Of a DNA stretch of 64,000 bases, positions 5,506 to 15,119 are shown piece by piece (position 1 is the stretch's first letter; every line of letters begins with the position of its first letter). Position numbers and translations under genes: made by a program. Source of the DNA: a virus. Under the pieces are notes generated by a model. It had not been told where the DNA came from. It worked only from the letters and a program-made list of their open reading frames with translations, and did not search any database. The stretch covers positions 1-64,000 of IMG/VR virus record IMGVR_UViG_3300028840_003497, one strand, 5' to 3'.

Positions 5506-6464
5506 TCGCAGATCTCCAGCAGTCGATCGGCGAGCACCACGAGGCGTGCATCCTCGGTGAATCTTTTCGATCGCGTCTTGGCCACGATCTTAAACTTCCC
5601 GGACGGGATCTTCTTGGAGGAGACATGGACGATCAGCTCATCACCGGAACCCTGGACGTCCCGCGCCAGCGGCATCAGGATCTGAGGGTCGAGCCCATAC
5701 CCAGGAAGTGGCACCGGAGCAAGCGCCACATCCCTCGGACTGAAAACCTTGGACACGATCACCCATGCGGAGTCCCCGGCGCGTCCACCGATGCCAGATC
5801 TGAATGCCTTCGCCAGCTCGTAGTCGCTGGTCCACGAACTGTACTTCCGCACATCAAGGGCACCCCCCCGGATCAAGTCCCGAGCCTGGTCCCCGTGTAT
5901 TCCGCGATAGAGCTTGATGCGCGTCCCGTATTTTTTCTTGACCGCCTGCTGGACCTTCTCAGAGAACGACTCCCAGTCCCTGTGCTTCGAGGCATTGATC
6001 CCGCTGCTGGATCCCTTCCAGTTTTTCACCTGAAAATCGAGCAGCTTGTGAAACTGCTGAGAGGACCTGGACGAGATGTCGTCGGCTGCATCCCGAACGT
6101 CTCCGCCCCAGTCGAGACCGAATATCGGGTGGTCGAACACAGCGAGGTGCTTCTTCGCTACTGCGTCCACCTTGGTCGTGGCGACCCCGACGGTCCCGGG
6201 AGACCCAGCATGCGTCCCTGTTCCAACTCCGGTCTGGTTCACAGCGTTCTCCATCGCCAACTCGAACTCAGCCTCGACCGACGATCGACTCTTGCCCCTC
6301 ACGATGATGTCGAGACTGATCCCGCTGGATACCGAGAAGTAGAGCGCGTAGTACATGGATCCCCGCTTGACCAGGAAAAACTCCTGCTTGTCGAATCCGT
6401 CGAGCCTCACGAAGCGGAGTATCTTGGGCGTCTCGGCACTCGACTTCTCGATCAGGTTTCTCAT
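5496..6464 (-). CDS. Leader-tagged protein with C-terminal ADP-ribosyltransferase-like domain
   Basis: Starts MRNLIEKSSAE (TGATG overlap). KLYRG, YSSWTSDYELAKAF and DELIV match the R-S-E ART motifs. Confidence 0.65.
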   Translation of the reverse strand: MRNLIEKSSAETPKILRFVRLDGFDKQEFFLVKRGSMYYALYFSVSSGISLDIIVRGKSRSSVEAEFELAMENAVNQTGVGTGTHAGSPGTVGVATTKVDAVAKKHLAVFDHPIFGLDWGGDVRDAADDISSRSSQQFHKLLDFQVKNWKGSSSGINASKHRDWESFSEKVQQAVKKKYGTRIKLYRGIHGDQARDLIRGGALDVRKYSSWTSDYELAKAFRSGIGGRAGDSAWVIVSKVFSPRDVALAPVPLPGYGLDPQILMPLARDVQGSGDELIVHVSSKKIPSGKFKIVAKTRSKRFTEDARLVVLADRLLEICERT

Positions 6465-6781
6465 CACCAGCACTCACAGTTGGTCGCGGTGCAGTCACAA
6501 GCCGACGTGGTCGATGTGTACTGGATATTCGAATAGCATCCGCAGGTTCGCGAGATACATCCGCAGGTCCTCGCAGTTGTCGTCTGCTGTATAATCTGTG
6601 GTGGTTTCGGGGGCTCGATCGGAAGTGGTTTTTTCGCACCATAGGGTCGATCACGAGAGATAACTTTCGTCCTGACTTTTTGATTCGTCCGTTTTTTTAA
6701 CGTGTTCGACTTCTTAAGCGGAGACTGATCCAGGGACTGCACATTACGGAGATCATCCAGGACTTTGTAACGAGGACGCAA
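6464..6781 (-). CDS. Basic protein with Cys/Thr/Ser-rich tail
   Basis: C-terminus RTCGCISRTCGCYSNIQYTSTTSACDCTATNCECW; fills the gap between neighbours exactly. Confidence 0.55.
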   Translation of the reverse strand: MRPRYKVLDDLRNVQSLDQSPLKKSNTLKKRTNQKVRTKVISRDRPYGAKKPLPIEPPKPPQIIQQTTTARTCGCISRTCGCYSNIQYTSTTSACDCTATNCECW

Positions 6782-6791
6782 TCTTTTACCC

Positions 6792-7058
6792 TTAAGGCAG
6801 GACGTAGATGGTCTTGAATCCCCACTTCTTGGCGTGGGTCTTCGCTTTCTTTACAGCCTCTTTCCACGTGCCGGAAAAATTCACCATCTGATCCACAGGA
6901 GGATCCTTTTGGTCCATACCAAAAAACCAACCAGACGGATCCTTTGTCGGATTCCATTTGCCATGGGATCTCTCCCACTCTTTTGTGTTTACCTTCACAG
7001 CCTCATCCAGCTGCTCGCGCCCTCGCTCCTTCATTCTCTCAACCAAATTCCTCATCAC
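6792..7058 (-). CDS. Leader-tagged small protein
   Basis: MRNLVERMK...QLDE|A; mature part is homologous to the C-terminus of 35298-36380. Confidence 0.75.
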   Translation of the reverse strand: MMRNLVERMKERGREQLDEAVKVNTKEWERSHGKWNPTKDPSGWFFGMDQKDPPVDQMVNFSGTWKEAVKKAKTHAKKWGFKTIYVLP

Positions 7059-7104
7059 TTATACTCCTCGTATTGACCAACACATTATTTGATCGTCCCA
7101 TCCT

Positions 7105-7218
7105 TCATTGATAAATGGTAGACTGAGAGACACAACAAGATGCAGCTATTTCCTCCTGAGACCAGCCAGAATCATACTTAGACTGGAGCCAATCCTTGTC
7201 GTGATAAAGCCTGCCCAT
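7105..7218 (-). pseudogene. Truncated helix-turn-helix fragment (37 aa)
   Basis: MGRLYHDKDWLQSKYDSGWSQEEIAASCCVSQSTIYQ* stops within the recognition helix. Confidence 0.5.
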
Positions 7219-7238
7219 AACTACCCGATTCCGCCTCC

Positions 7239-7925
7239 TCAGACCGTTGCAATAGCCTTCTTAGTATCTCTTTTTGCCTGACCAGGAAGGGATCCGGCGA
7301 GGGATGCGTCATGCTGCGCCAGTGTCATCACCAGGGCATTCTTGACCGCGTTCGCCAGGTCGTCCTCAATGAACGCCCTCTTGGCGACGTACTTCTCGGA
7401 ACCCTTCATCAATTTCTGAAACTGCGGAGCCTGGACCATCGCCTTCACCATGCGGTTAATCAGGGATTCTCCAATCGCCTCGGCCAACGCCTCCATGTCT
7501 ACAGCCTCGTCCGCCGGACCTGCTGCACCACCACTCTTAAGGCTCTTGAGAACAGCTGTCAACATCTGCTTGGCGGAGATGAGCGACGCGTGGTCGACAG
7601 TACCACCCTGGCCAATGATGAACGCAGTGATAATCGGCGTAATGAAAGAATAAAGAACCCCTTCGCTCCAATTGTTGGGATCGAGGCCGAGCTTCATCAA
7701 CTCCTTGTTCCACTTCGCCTCGTTCGTCACCATCTTGGCAGCCTTTAAAATCTTATTTATTCCTACTGCCTTCGCCCCCTCCTCGATATCCTCGGGCTCC
7801 GGATTGGATTCCTCCGCCTTCTTGGATTCTTCAAGTTGAGCCTTCTCATCCACGCTCAAACAATCCTCTTTTACGAACGCTTCGATCCCTTCTATTAGCC
7901 CCTTAAAATTTCTCATAACACTCAC
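7239..7925 (-). CDS. Leader-tagged hypothetical protein
   Basis: MRNFKGLIEGIEAFVKE; internal IEE|G and IGE|S junctions. Confidence 0.75.
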   Translation of the reverse strand: MSVMRNFKGLIEGIEAFVKEDCLSVDEKAQLEESKKAEESNPEPEDIEEGAKAVGINKILKAAKMVTNEAKWNKELMKLGLDPNNWSEGVLYSFITPIITAFIIGQGGTVDHASLISAKQMLTAVLKSLKSGGAAGPADEAVDMEALAEAIGESLINRMVKAMVQAPQFQKLMKGSEKYVAKRAFIEDDLANAVKNALVMTLAQHDASLAGSLPGQAKRDTKKAIATV

Positions 7926-7935
7926 CTTTCGTCGC

Positions 7936-8718
7936 TCAGCTTAGTCGTTCAATACTCTTGATTGGGACCTTGCCCTGACCCACAATCTGATAATCTCGCA
8001 CGCGCCCAGCCTTGAGCGTCTGAACGAGGTACTTACTATCTACCACAATCTTCCAGAGATCGCGACCTTCTGTGCTGCCTAAATCACTGCCGAACCCCTG
8101 TGCCCGATCTGCATTGTTCGTCACGAAAATACCAGACGGAACATTTTTTGTTCCATCGTAAATACCACGATCCTTCTTTGGCCTCGCCGTGAACACCTTC
8201 GTCGGCTTCCCAGACTTGTTCGCGCTCCCCGGGTTCCTGATCTCGTTCACCAGCTTGAAGTAGGCGATCTCCAGTTCTTCATCGTGGAAAAAATCTGCGT
8301 CTCCAGCTTCCAGCACGTCATCGACCTCGCGTGGGCCGAAGTAGCTAAACCCAGGAGCACCGCGCCCAGGCTTGCTGCCCTTGAACAGCTTCACATATGC
8401 ATGCTTCACAGGCTCGAACATGTTGTCTTTGCTGTAGTCCGGATAGATCTGAATCCCAACGTCGAGATCTAGCTTGGAGAGGATGCGCCCGAGACCACTC
8501 CCGAGCTTGTGCATGTTCTTCATAGATTTCGGAAACAGCGTCCTGGCCTCCTTGTCAGGATCGAAATCGGCCTTCCCGTTCCGACGCACCGCCCAGTCGT
8601 ATAAATCCTGCATCTCGTCCTTCAGTGCTTCCTCGTACTTGTCCATATCGATGATGACACGACCAGAAGATTCCAACAGAACGAACCCAAGTTCGTCAGT
8701 GAGCCTACGTAATATCAT
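7936..8718 (-). CDS. Leader-tagged protein, possible divergent ART-fold C-terminal domain
   Basis: MILRRLTDELGFVLLE|S; C-domain KVFTAR...GIFVTNNADRAQGF...LWKIVV...DYQI. Confidence 0.6.
   Translation of the reverse strand: MILRRLTDELGFVLLESSGRVIIDMDKYEEALKDEMQDLYDWAVRRNGKADFDPDKEARTLFPKSMKNMHKLGSGLGRILSKLDLDVGIQIYPDYSKDNMFEPVKHAYVKLFKGSKPGRGAPGFSYFGPREVDDVLEAGDADFFHDEELEIAYFKLVNEIRNPGSANKSGKPTKVFTARPKKDRGIYDGTKNVPSGIFVTNNADRAQGFGSDLGSTEGRDLWKIVVDSKYLVQTLKAGRVRDYQIVGQGKVPIKSIERLS
8681..8696. repeat. 16-bp palindrome, degenerate copy 3 (ACGAACCCAAGTTCGT)
   Basis: Inside the 5' end of a CDS. Confidence 0.5.
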
Positions 8719-8870
8719 TTCACCCTATATCCAGCCTTCTTCAGTGTGTGAATTGCTTTGAAAATATCCTCATCAGACTTCATCTGGCCTCTTTTGAGAA
8801 TAACCATGTCATATGAAGAAAATGGAGATTCTGAGACAAAACCACCCAATCTTTCCATCAACTCTCGCAT
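8715..8870 (-). CDS. Leader-tagged small protein (51 aa)
   Basis: Below the track cutoff; MRELMERLGGFVSE|SPFSSYDMVILKRGQMKSDEDIFKAIHTLKKAGYRVK. Confidence 0.7.
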   Translation of the reverse strand: MRELMERLGGFVSESPFSSYDMVILKRGQMKSDEDIFKAIHTLKKAGYRVK

Positions 8871-8872
8871 GA

Positions 8873-9637
8873 TCATCCACCCCTCTTCTTTGCCAACTTG
8901 GCCGTGGCCATCGCCAGAGACTGCTCGGCGGCCTTGAACGCCTTCGGGTCGTCGTCCTTGAGCGCCTTCTGCATCTTCTTCAGCGCGCCACCCAGCTTCC
9001 GACCACCTTTGTTCCGGCTGGCCTTCAGCATCATTGCCTCGACACTGTCCAGTGTTTTTTTGTTATCCGGGATCTTGGTCTTGCCAGTCTTCTTGTTTTT
9101 TTTTGTGCCCCCAGAACCACCAGACGCCCTTCCAGTGCCTTTTTTGGCTTTCTTGGGCTTGACATCCCTGGCCGACGCCTTAGCGCCACCACCGCCTCCT
9201 AGTGCCCCGGAAATCTTGCTCATGATCGCGCCAAGGATGCCCTTCTTCTTTTTCTTGGGAGTTGCCGATCCACCACTTTTATTGGTTGACTTCGACTCTT
9301 TCTTCTTGCCACCGGGAATCTTGGGAGTCGAGCCCGAACCGTCGCTCGGGAAGAAATACCGCTTCCCGCGAATAGTCCTCCACACGCCGATCTTACCAGT
9401 GGAATTAATCTTCCAGAAACCATCACCAACTGCGGTTGTGTAAGCCTCACCAAGCTGCCCTACGTAGAGCATTCCGACCTGACCGTAGTTGTCGTTATCA
9501 ACCTTTTTCTTCTTGCGGGGCCTGATCTCGTCGACCTTGTACATTCGCGCCTTGCCGTATGGCCACGGACGAGTTCCACCTCCAGTCACCGCAAACGGCT
9601 GAGGAGTTCCAGCAATATTGCCAGACGTAGTCGTCAT
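8873..9637 (-). CDS. Lys/Gly-rich basic protein, probably head-internal
   Basis: QLGE|A junction, GVWRTIRGKRYF motif and long K/G/S low-complexity tracts. Confidence 0.7.
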   Translation of the reverse strand: MTTTSGNIAGTPQPFAVTGGGTRPWPYGKARMYKVDEIRPRKKKKVDNDNYGQVGMLYVGQLGEAYTTAVGDGFWKINSTGKIGVWRTIRGKRYFFPSDGSGSTPKIPGGKKKESKSTNKSGGSATPKKKKKGILGAIMSKISGALGGGGGAKASARDVKPKKAKKGTGRASGGSGGTKKNKKTGKTKIPDNKKTLDSVEAMMLKASRNKGGRKLGGALKKMQKALKDDDPKAFKAAEQSLAMATAKLAKKRGG

Positions 9638-9638
9638 G

Positions 9639-9911
9639 TTACCTCCCAGCTCTCACGCCCATCCCGACTGCAAGATTTGTGGCGTCCCGCTTGATCTGAT
9701 TGAGCTTAACCATGAGATCATCGATCTCACTAGCTTCACCTTTGTTGGCCTTGCCCCACTTCGAAGTCGGAATCGCCTTGAGTGCCTTAACTGCCGATCC
9801 AGTGCCCGAAATAACTGTCTTCAACGCACTGTAGACTTTCTTGTCGTCGAAACTGGCCTCTTCCAAATTATCACCTTTTACGTACTTCATCTTTTCGAGC
9901 AAATCACGCAT
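9639..9911 (-). CDS. Leader-tagged small protein
   Basis: MRDLLEKMK...NLEE|A. Confidence 0.75.
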   Translation of the reverse strand: MRDLLEKMKYVKGDNLEEASFDDKKVYSALKTVISGTGSAVKALKAIPTSKWGKANKGEASEIDDLMVKLNQIKRDATNLAVGMGVRAGR

Positions 9912-9922
9912 ATCATCTCCTG

Positions 9923-10207
9923 CTATGGTTTCGTCGGGGCAGGGCCAATGCCCCGCTTGATTTCCCTGAATCCGTTTTCATTATTGTCACAAAAATAATC
10001 GATCAGAGACTTTGAACCATGAATTCTCATCACAGCCCACCCCTTCTGCCAGTGTTTACCTGCGTCCGATTTCTTTACATTCCTAACGTGCAGACCAGCA
10101 CCCTGGGCAAAACGCTGGGTGTTCACGTAATTAGCCGTCTTACCAAATGCCCAAGCGAGACCAGCATATTCTTCCTCTATGCGCTCGATAATCCTACGCA
10201 TCCGCAA
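9923..10207 (-). CDS. Leader-tagged small protein
   Basis: MRRIIERIEEE. Confidence 0.7.
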   Translation of the reverse strand: MRMRRIIERIEEEYAGLAWAFGKTANYVNTQRFAQGAGLHVRNVKKSDAGKHWQKGWAVMRIHGSKSLIDYFCDNNENGFREIKRGIGPAPTKP

Positions 10208-10535
10208 CTACCTCCGGACGCAAAACAACACAGGCTCCATTTCTCGTCTTCACCGTCTCGACAGACTCTACACCTCTGGCACCATCAAATCGACGCGCAA
10301 CTTGACCTCCGACCGACATGGCATGGCGTCCCTCCATGATCATCAACAAGGAAACACCAGACTTTGTCTTGGCCTCAAACACGGTCTTGGAAACTTCACG
10401 ACCTTTGATCGCCCGCTCCCCAGCCGTTTTCATCGACCGGAACAGGCGCTCTTCGGCAACAGTCAAGTCGTTCTGACGATGCTTTTGTGGTACGCCAGAA
10501 ATGAAATCGTGGAGTTTGGTCGTAAGTTTTTCCAT
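10194..10535 (-). CDS. Hypothetical protein with leader-like N-terminus
   Basis: MEKLTTKLHDFISG...VAEE; TGATG overlap with the upstream gene. Confidence 0.65.
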   Translation of the reverse strand: MEKLTTKLHDFISGVPQKHRQNDLTVAEERLFRSMKTAGERAIKGREVSKTVFEAKTKSGVSLLMIMEGRHAMSVGGQVARRFDGARGVESVETVKTRNGACVVLRPEVVADA

Positions 10536-11227
10536 CAACCTTCCTTCCATTTCCAATACGCTGATTCGCTTCCAAAGAAACGCTCTGTGTCGCTACCGCC
10601 AAATTCGGGATCAAATTCCTCATAATCCGGCATCTGTTTCTTTAACTCCTTCATCACTGTCTTGATAAGGGGCCACAAGTTCTTGCTCGGATCAAACGGC
10701 TTCTTTTTACGCTCCCATTGAGCCTCGATGTTGATTCCATCCTTTGGAGGCTCCGGAGACATCATCACACCGTCATCCCTGGCCTCTGGATCGAAACGGT
10801 CAACCATCACACTGCAAACCACACCCTCACCATCCCCATATGGGTAGCACGAGATAGCGAAGTCCGCGCTGGCAAGATCGACCGTCGTGTTCATCGGCTT
10901 GCCTCGTTGACCAGCCTCGTAGTCAGGCTCGATCATGCCGTCCCCGATGCCAATCGGATACCCATACTTGGCCTCCAACTGACTCTCCATTATCGCCTCG
11001 CCAAACTTGTCAAGAACCTGCTTGTCTAACGCCAGTGCTTCTGTGATATCCCACGGCCTCGGAAGCATGCGAGGAATCTCAGAAACTCTCGCCCTCATGG
11101 CAGCGCCGATCTGCTTGGCCAACATTTTGTCAGCATCGCTCGCGCGCTTGCGAGTACGACGTTTCCGAACCTTCTTCGCCCTGCCCTCCGAGATAAATCG
11201 GCCCAAATTATCAATAAGATGTTTCAT
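10535..11227 (-). CDS. Leader-tagged modular protein
   Basis: MKHLIDNLGRFISE|G, a basic segment, then QLE|A; start revised. Confidence 0.7.
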   Translation of the reverse strand: MKHLIDNLGRFISEGRAKKVRKRRTRKRASDADKMLAKQIGAAMRARVSEIPRMLPRPWDITEALALDKQVLDKFGEAIMESQLEAKYGYPIGIGDGMIEPDYEAGQRGKPMNTTVDLASADFAISCYPYGDGEGVVCSVMVDRFDPEARDDGVMMSPEPPKDGINIEAQWERKKKPFDPSKNLWPLIKTVMKELKKQMPDYEEFDPEFGGSDTERFFGSESAYWKWKEG

Positions 11228-11278
11228 TGTTTCACGCCAACTTCCATGGGTTTTGTCCGCACACATAAAATGCTCATC

Positions 11279-11788
11279 TTATTTTTCCAAATGACGAGCG
11301 TCTTCGTTTTTCTCGACCAGACCACCGTAGAGCGCATTGATGCCCATTGCAATGTGTTCCGGATGGATATCGAACACTTTAGACTTGTCCTCGATCTCCA
11401 CCGGTTTGCTAATACCCACCGACATCGATCCGCGCTTCCAGAACTCCCACTTGTCACCCTTGCGAGAAACAACAATATCAATCTGCCAATTATCCCCGGC
11501 CAGCCGAACTCCACCGATCGACCCTCCACCACCCATTGGCGGCATATGGGTGATCTCCACCTTGAGACCCTTCTGATTCTGTCGCAGGTACTTTTTAGTC
11601 ACCACAGCTACGTTGCCCAGAAAGGCCTTCTCCGCAGCCTTGATCTTGTCGTTAATAGAGACGGTAGCTTCGGCAAGCGCCTGAGCCTCCTCGTCCAACT
11701 GCTGATCGTCCTGAGAGTACGACTCCACCAAAGGTGTCATCCCGGCTAGATAGCGCATCTCACTCATGAATTTATCTTTTGACATCAC
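11279..11788 (-). CDS. Leader-tagged protein (second leader class)
   Basis: MSKDKFMSEMRYLAGMTPLVE...LAE|A. Confidence 0.7.
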   Translation of the reverse strand: MMSKDKFMSEMRYLAGMTPLVESYSQDDQQLDEEAQALAEATVSINDKIKAAEKAFLGNVAVVTKKYLRQNQKGLKVEITHMPPMGGGGSIGGVRLAGDNWQIDIVVSRKGDKWEFWKRGSMSVGISKPVEIEDKSKVFDIHPEHIAMGINALYGGLVEKNEDARHLEK

Positions 11789-11812
11789 ACACTCTCCCAG
11801 GGCATACCCTTG

Positions 11813-12328
11813 CTATACTGTCGGGATCATCTCTCCGAATAGGTAGACGTTTGCCAGCGAACCAGCGGTTCCTGTCGTGTCAGCTTTTGTCACTTTGACG
11901 AAAACTTCAGCATTGCCACCCATCGCCGCCTTCTTGACCGCGCTCAGATCGACAACCAACTTGTCGTTCAAGGTCGTCACCGCGATGACAGTCGCCGCCA
12001 GGATCTCGGTTCCGCCAGTGGTAATCCCGATAGTGATCTCGCCGTCGCCAGCCAATGTTCCGCCAACGCCAGTGCAGTGAACAACAGCTGTAACTGGGAC
12101 AAACTGCTTCGTCGCCACACCACCGATTTCCTTCGACTGCTCGTCGTTCAGCGTCACGATGTCTAAGTCCTCGACCAACACGCGAACTTTCTCGCCGCCG
12201 TTATCCAACACGTCGGCAAGGGAGTCTCCCTCGGAAACGGTGTCGTTCGGGATCTGTGATGCGAAAGGGATCGCCCCTTTGCTACGAATGTCATTTCCGG
12301 ACGGTGCATTTGTTCTGTTTCTGGACAT
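11813..12328 (-). CDS. Putative virion structural (head decoration-like) protein
   Basis: Gly/Thr/Val-rich beta-strand composition. Confidence 0.5.
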   Translation of the reverse strand: MSRNRTNAPSGNDIRSKGAIPFASQIPNDTVSEGDSLADVLDNGGEKVRVLVEDLDIVTLNDEQSKEIGGVATKQFVPVTAVVHCTGVGGTLAGDGEITIGITTGGTEILAATVIAVTTLNDKLVVDLSAVKKAAMGGNAEVFVKVTKADTTGTAGSLANVYLFGEMIPTV

Positions 12329-12348
12329 CTTTTCCTCCTTTGCGGGTA

Positions 12349-13308
12349 TTATACCCGATTTATAAAATCATTTAAAACATATCGCCCGTCACTGTGAGAG
12401 GCGAAGTCTCGATGCGCCACAATGCCCGGCCCAGGACGGCCTTTAGGTTTCATTGTGAGACCCTCGATCTGTCTCTTCTTCTTGTTCAAACCCTTAGTCG
12501 GAAACCGGAACGGAATACCAGTGAGTTTGCATATCCATGGCACCAGCAACCGAATCGCTGCCATCTGACGATCAGTAGGCAACACGTACCTGCGATCCTT
12601 CTTGTCCGGACACCACGTCCACCAGAGCGCTTTAATAAACTTCGACCAGATAGACTCGTCACGCACATACTTAGGAGCATATGGATTCACAATCTCCACA
12701 CCGATACTCGTGTCGTTAATCTGGTTGGCATGAACCATCCGATCCAAAACCAAATCTCCGTGGCAACTCAAGTGGCCATCAGGATCCAGGATCAACTGAA
12801 CTCCGTAGCCCTTCTTGAGCAGCGTACGTTTACACCCCTTGGCCGTATTCCCGCACGTCTCGTGCAAAACAAAGTGGATCAAATCCGCAGATCTCTGCCG
12901 ATGCTTAAAATGTGGCTCGCCATCATCCTCATAATTGGAAGCTGTCAACCCAGCATCAATAAACCCTTTTGGAAGCGTAACCCGCTCTCCATTCACAATA
13001 ATAGCATTCGAATACCCATGCTCGTTTGGCTTTCCATACGGAGGTGGATCTAAATCTGGACTCGGCTTTTTCGGTGTCTCCACCGATGTATCATCCTCGC
13101 TCTTTTTAATTGCCTTCAGCGTCACAGGCCCGAGCTTTCCGTCCACCTCAAGATTCTTCGACATTTGAAAACAAGCCGTCGCCCAGATAAATGTTTTAGA
13201 ATCAGAGAGACACCACGGCCACGGGAGATCCTTTAGTTCGTAGAGGCTTCCTAATTTTCCTGCATTGTGATGTATCGCAGATGTGACCTGTTTCTTCGTA
13301 AGCATCAT
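12349..13308 (-). CDS. Endolysin: peptidoglycan-binding domain plus N-acetylmuramoyl-L-alanine amidase (Amidase_2 type)
   Basis: FQ..KNLEVDGKLGPVT binding motif; FVLHET, HA..NDTSIGVE and IVAHRD..HSDG zinc-amidase motifs. Confidence 0.9.
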   Translation of the reverse strand: MMLTKKQVTSAIHHNAGKLGSLYELKDLPWPWCLSDSKTFIWATACFQMSKNLEVDGKLGPVTLKAIKKSEDDTSVETPKKPSPDLDPPPYGKPNEHGYSNAIIVNGERVTLPKGFIDAGLTASNYEDDGEPHFKHRQRSADLIHFVLHETCGNTAKGCKRTLLKKGYGVQLILDPDGHLSCHGDLVLDRMVHANQINDTSIGVEIVNPYAPKYVRDESIWSKFIKALWWTWCPDKKDRRYVLPTDRQMAAIRLLVPWICKLTGIPFRFPTKGLNKKKRQIEGLTMKPKGRPGPGIVAHRDFASHSDGRYVLNDFINRV

Positions 13309-13802
13309 CCCACCATCAATCCGGCACGAGACGCACGATCTCGCACACGGCTCTTTTTGATTTTCTTAAACATCCTGTTCATCGATTTCACTTTGCTCGT
13401 GCCATCAGCCGTCCATCCAATCGGGTCAAGCGCCGTCCTGAGCCTGTTTACATTCGCATGCTCTGGATCGTCCACGGCACCTCGAAGGGTTACCTCCTGT
13501 CGGTACCAGAACCCGAATGAATGCCGAGTCCACTCGATCGTGAATTTGATATTCTCTCCGTTTGCCGGAACCGTTACATAGACCCGAATAAGACCCACAT
13601 TACGCCTCCTGCGACTCAGCAAATCACCCACCAACATCATCGTGTACTCAGACTGCCCACGAGGACGTGGAGATACCAGCTCCCTCTTGATCCGCCCCAT
13701 TCTCAGGAGTAGATCGCGCACCATGTCCAACCCCGCCTCGGCGGCTTGCGCCTGGGGTGACTCGGCTGCCGTCTCCGGCTTATTAGGAACTGCACCTGTC
13801 AT
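13305..13802 (-). CDS. Hypothetical protein
   Basis: ORF packed against the endolysin start. Confidence 0.6.
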   Translation of the reverse strand: MTGAVPNKPETAAESPQAQAAEAGLDMVRDLLLRMGRIKRELVSPRPRGQSEYTMMLVGDLLSRRRRNVGLIRVYVTVPANGENIKFTIEWTRHSFGFWYRQEVTLRGAVDDPEHANVNRLRTALDPIGWTADGTSKVKSMNRMFKKIKKSRVRDRASRAGLMVG

Positions 13803-13820
13803 CTTTAGCCTTCAAATTTT

Positions 13821-14480
13821 TCATTTCTTACCTCCAAGAAGTTCTCCTAGATCTGGCAACCTATCCCTCACAGGGACCTCTTGCTGCTGCTGAATCAGGT
13901 CATCCAGTGATTTCTTCTTGCCCTCACGCGGGAGCGCGTGCGCCACAGGTGGTTTCGTAGCGACCGATCCTTCGCCGTCAGACGCACCCACAGGCTCCAT
14001 AGCGCCCTCTCCGTCCGTGTCGGCGTCTCCGTCGGCAGCTGCAGGAAACAGCTCCTCCGGGGGCAACAGGCCCGCGCTGGAGCCATCCACTCCAACACCA
14101 GAGCTTCCACCACCGCCAAACCCCCGCATGGCCTCCATCACGTCCAGGGCTTCGTCCTCGATAGAACCATCCAAGGCGTAGGCTGTGCTTCCGCCGCCAA
14201 TCATATCCAGCTTCGTCTGGAGCCGGGTCAGCTCGATCAACATCTTCTGATTGATCTCAGCCTGTCGCTTCCGAGCCTCGGTGTTGTCCTCCGCATCCTT
14301 CGCAAGAAGGGGATACGCACTCTCGATCGCCGTCAGGGCCTTCTCGTCAGTATCGTCGATAAATCGCTCCCACAGACCAGGCGTACTGGCGAGGGTGATC
14401 AGCAAGATCATAACCGGGTGAAACCCAGCCTTCTTCATAGCAGTCACCTTGTCCATAACGCTTGTCCTGTCGTCGCCCAT
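13821..14480 (-). CDS. Membrane-anchored coiled-coil protein (possible lysis accessory)
   Basis: N-terminal hydrophobic segment, coiled coil and acidic low-complexity tail. Confidence 0.55.
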   Translation of the reverse strand: MGDDRTSVMDKVTAMKKAGFHPVMILLITLASTPGLWERFIDDTDEKALTAIESAYPLLAKDAEDNTEARKRQAEINQKMLIELTRLQTKLDMIGGGSTAYALDGSIEDEALDVMEAMRGFGGGGSSGVGVDGSSAGLLPPEELFPAAADGDADTDGEGAMEPVGASDGEGSVATKPPVAHALPREGKKKSLDDLIQQQQEVPVRDRLPDLGELLGGKK

Positions 14481-14489
14481 CGATTCCTC

Positions 14490-14774
14490 CTACGGCATAT
14501 GAATCGTCCAGACCTTGCCGCTGGACTCATGGCCCACATTTGCTTCCGGATACTTCTTCTGAACCTCGTCCGCGAATCGATCGAACAGCTTCAAGCCGTC
14601 CATCTCTGCATCCACGTCGGTGTGAATCGTGATGGACTTGCCCTTCTTCACGACCTTGCCGAACTGATCCCTGCCGATAATCTTGCTGAGCACCCTGGTC
14701 AACCAGCTTATCTTGACACCACCACCGAGGACCCCATCGGCAATCTTGATCTTCTTCTCTATCAACTGTCTCAT
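14490..14774 (-). CDS. Leader-tagged small protein
   Basis: MRQLIE|KK. Confidence 0.75.
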   Translation of the reverse strand: MRQLIEKKIKIADGVLGGGVKISWLTRVLSKIIGRDQFGKVVKKGKSITIHTDVDAEMDGLKLFDRFADEVQKKYPEANVGHESSGKVWTIHMP

Positions 14775-14807
14775 TCGTTTAACTCCTCGTGCCTCACCAG
14801 TCGTTCA

Positions 14808-15119
14808 CTATACTTCTGTGGCCTGTTTTCGCGCCCAATTCCTGTCAGAAGAAAACTCCTTAACTACTGGTTTGATTTTCTTGTAAATGTCTTTGCCTGC
14901 CATGTCAGAAAGCCAGTTAGACACACCTATGATGCTACCACTGACCGTCTGTTTTCCCGGACTGCCATTTTCAAATTCTACCTCGACATCAACAACCACG
15001 TAGGTGTTGCGGCTCTTCTCCAGTTTTCTAATCTGGTTTCTAAGACCCTTATCGAAGTCTTTTGCCGAAAACACCTCAGCCAGACATCTTGATTTTAAAC
15101 GCTCTATTAAAAGTCTCAT
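14808..15119 (-). CDS. Leader-tagged small protein
   Basis: MRLLIERLKSRCLAE|V. Confidence 0.75.
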   Translation of the reverse strand: MRLLIERLKSRCLAEVFSAKDFDKGLRNQIRKLEKSRNTYVVVDVEVEFENGSPGKQTVSGSIIGVSNWLSDMAGKDIYKKIKPVVKEFSSDRNWARKQATEV

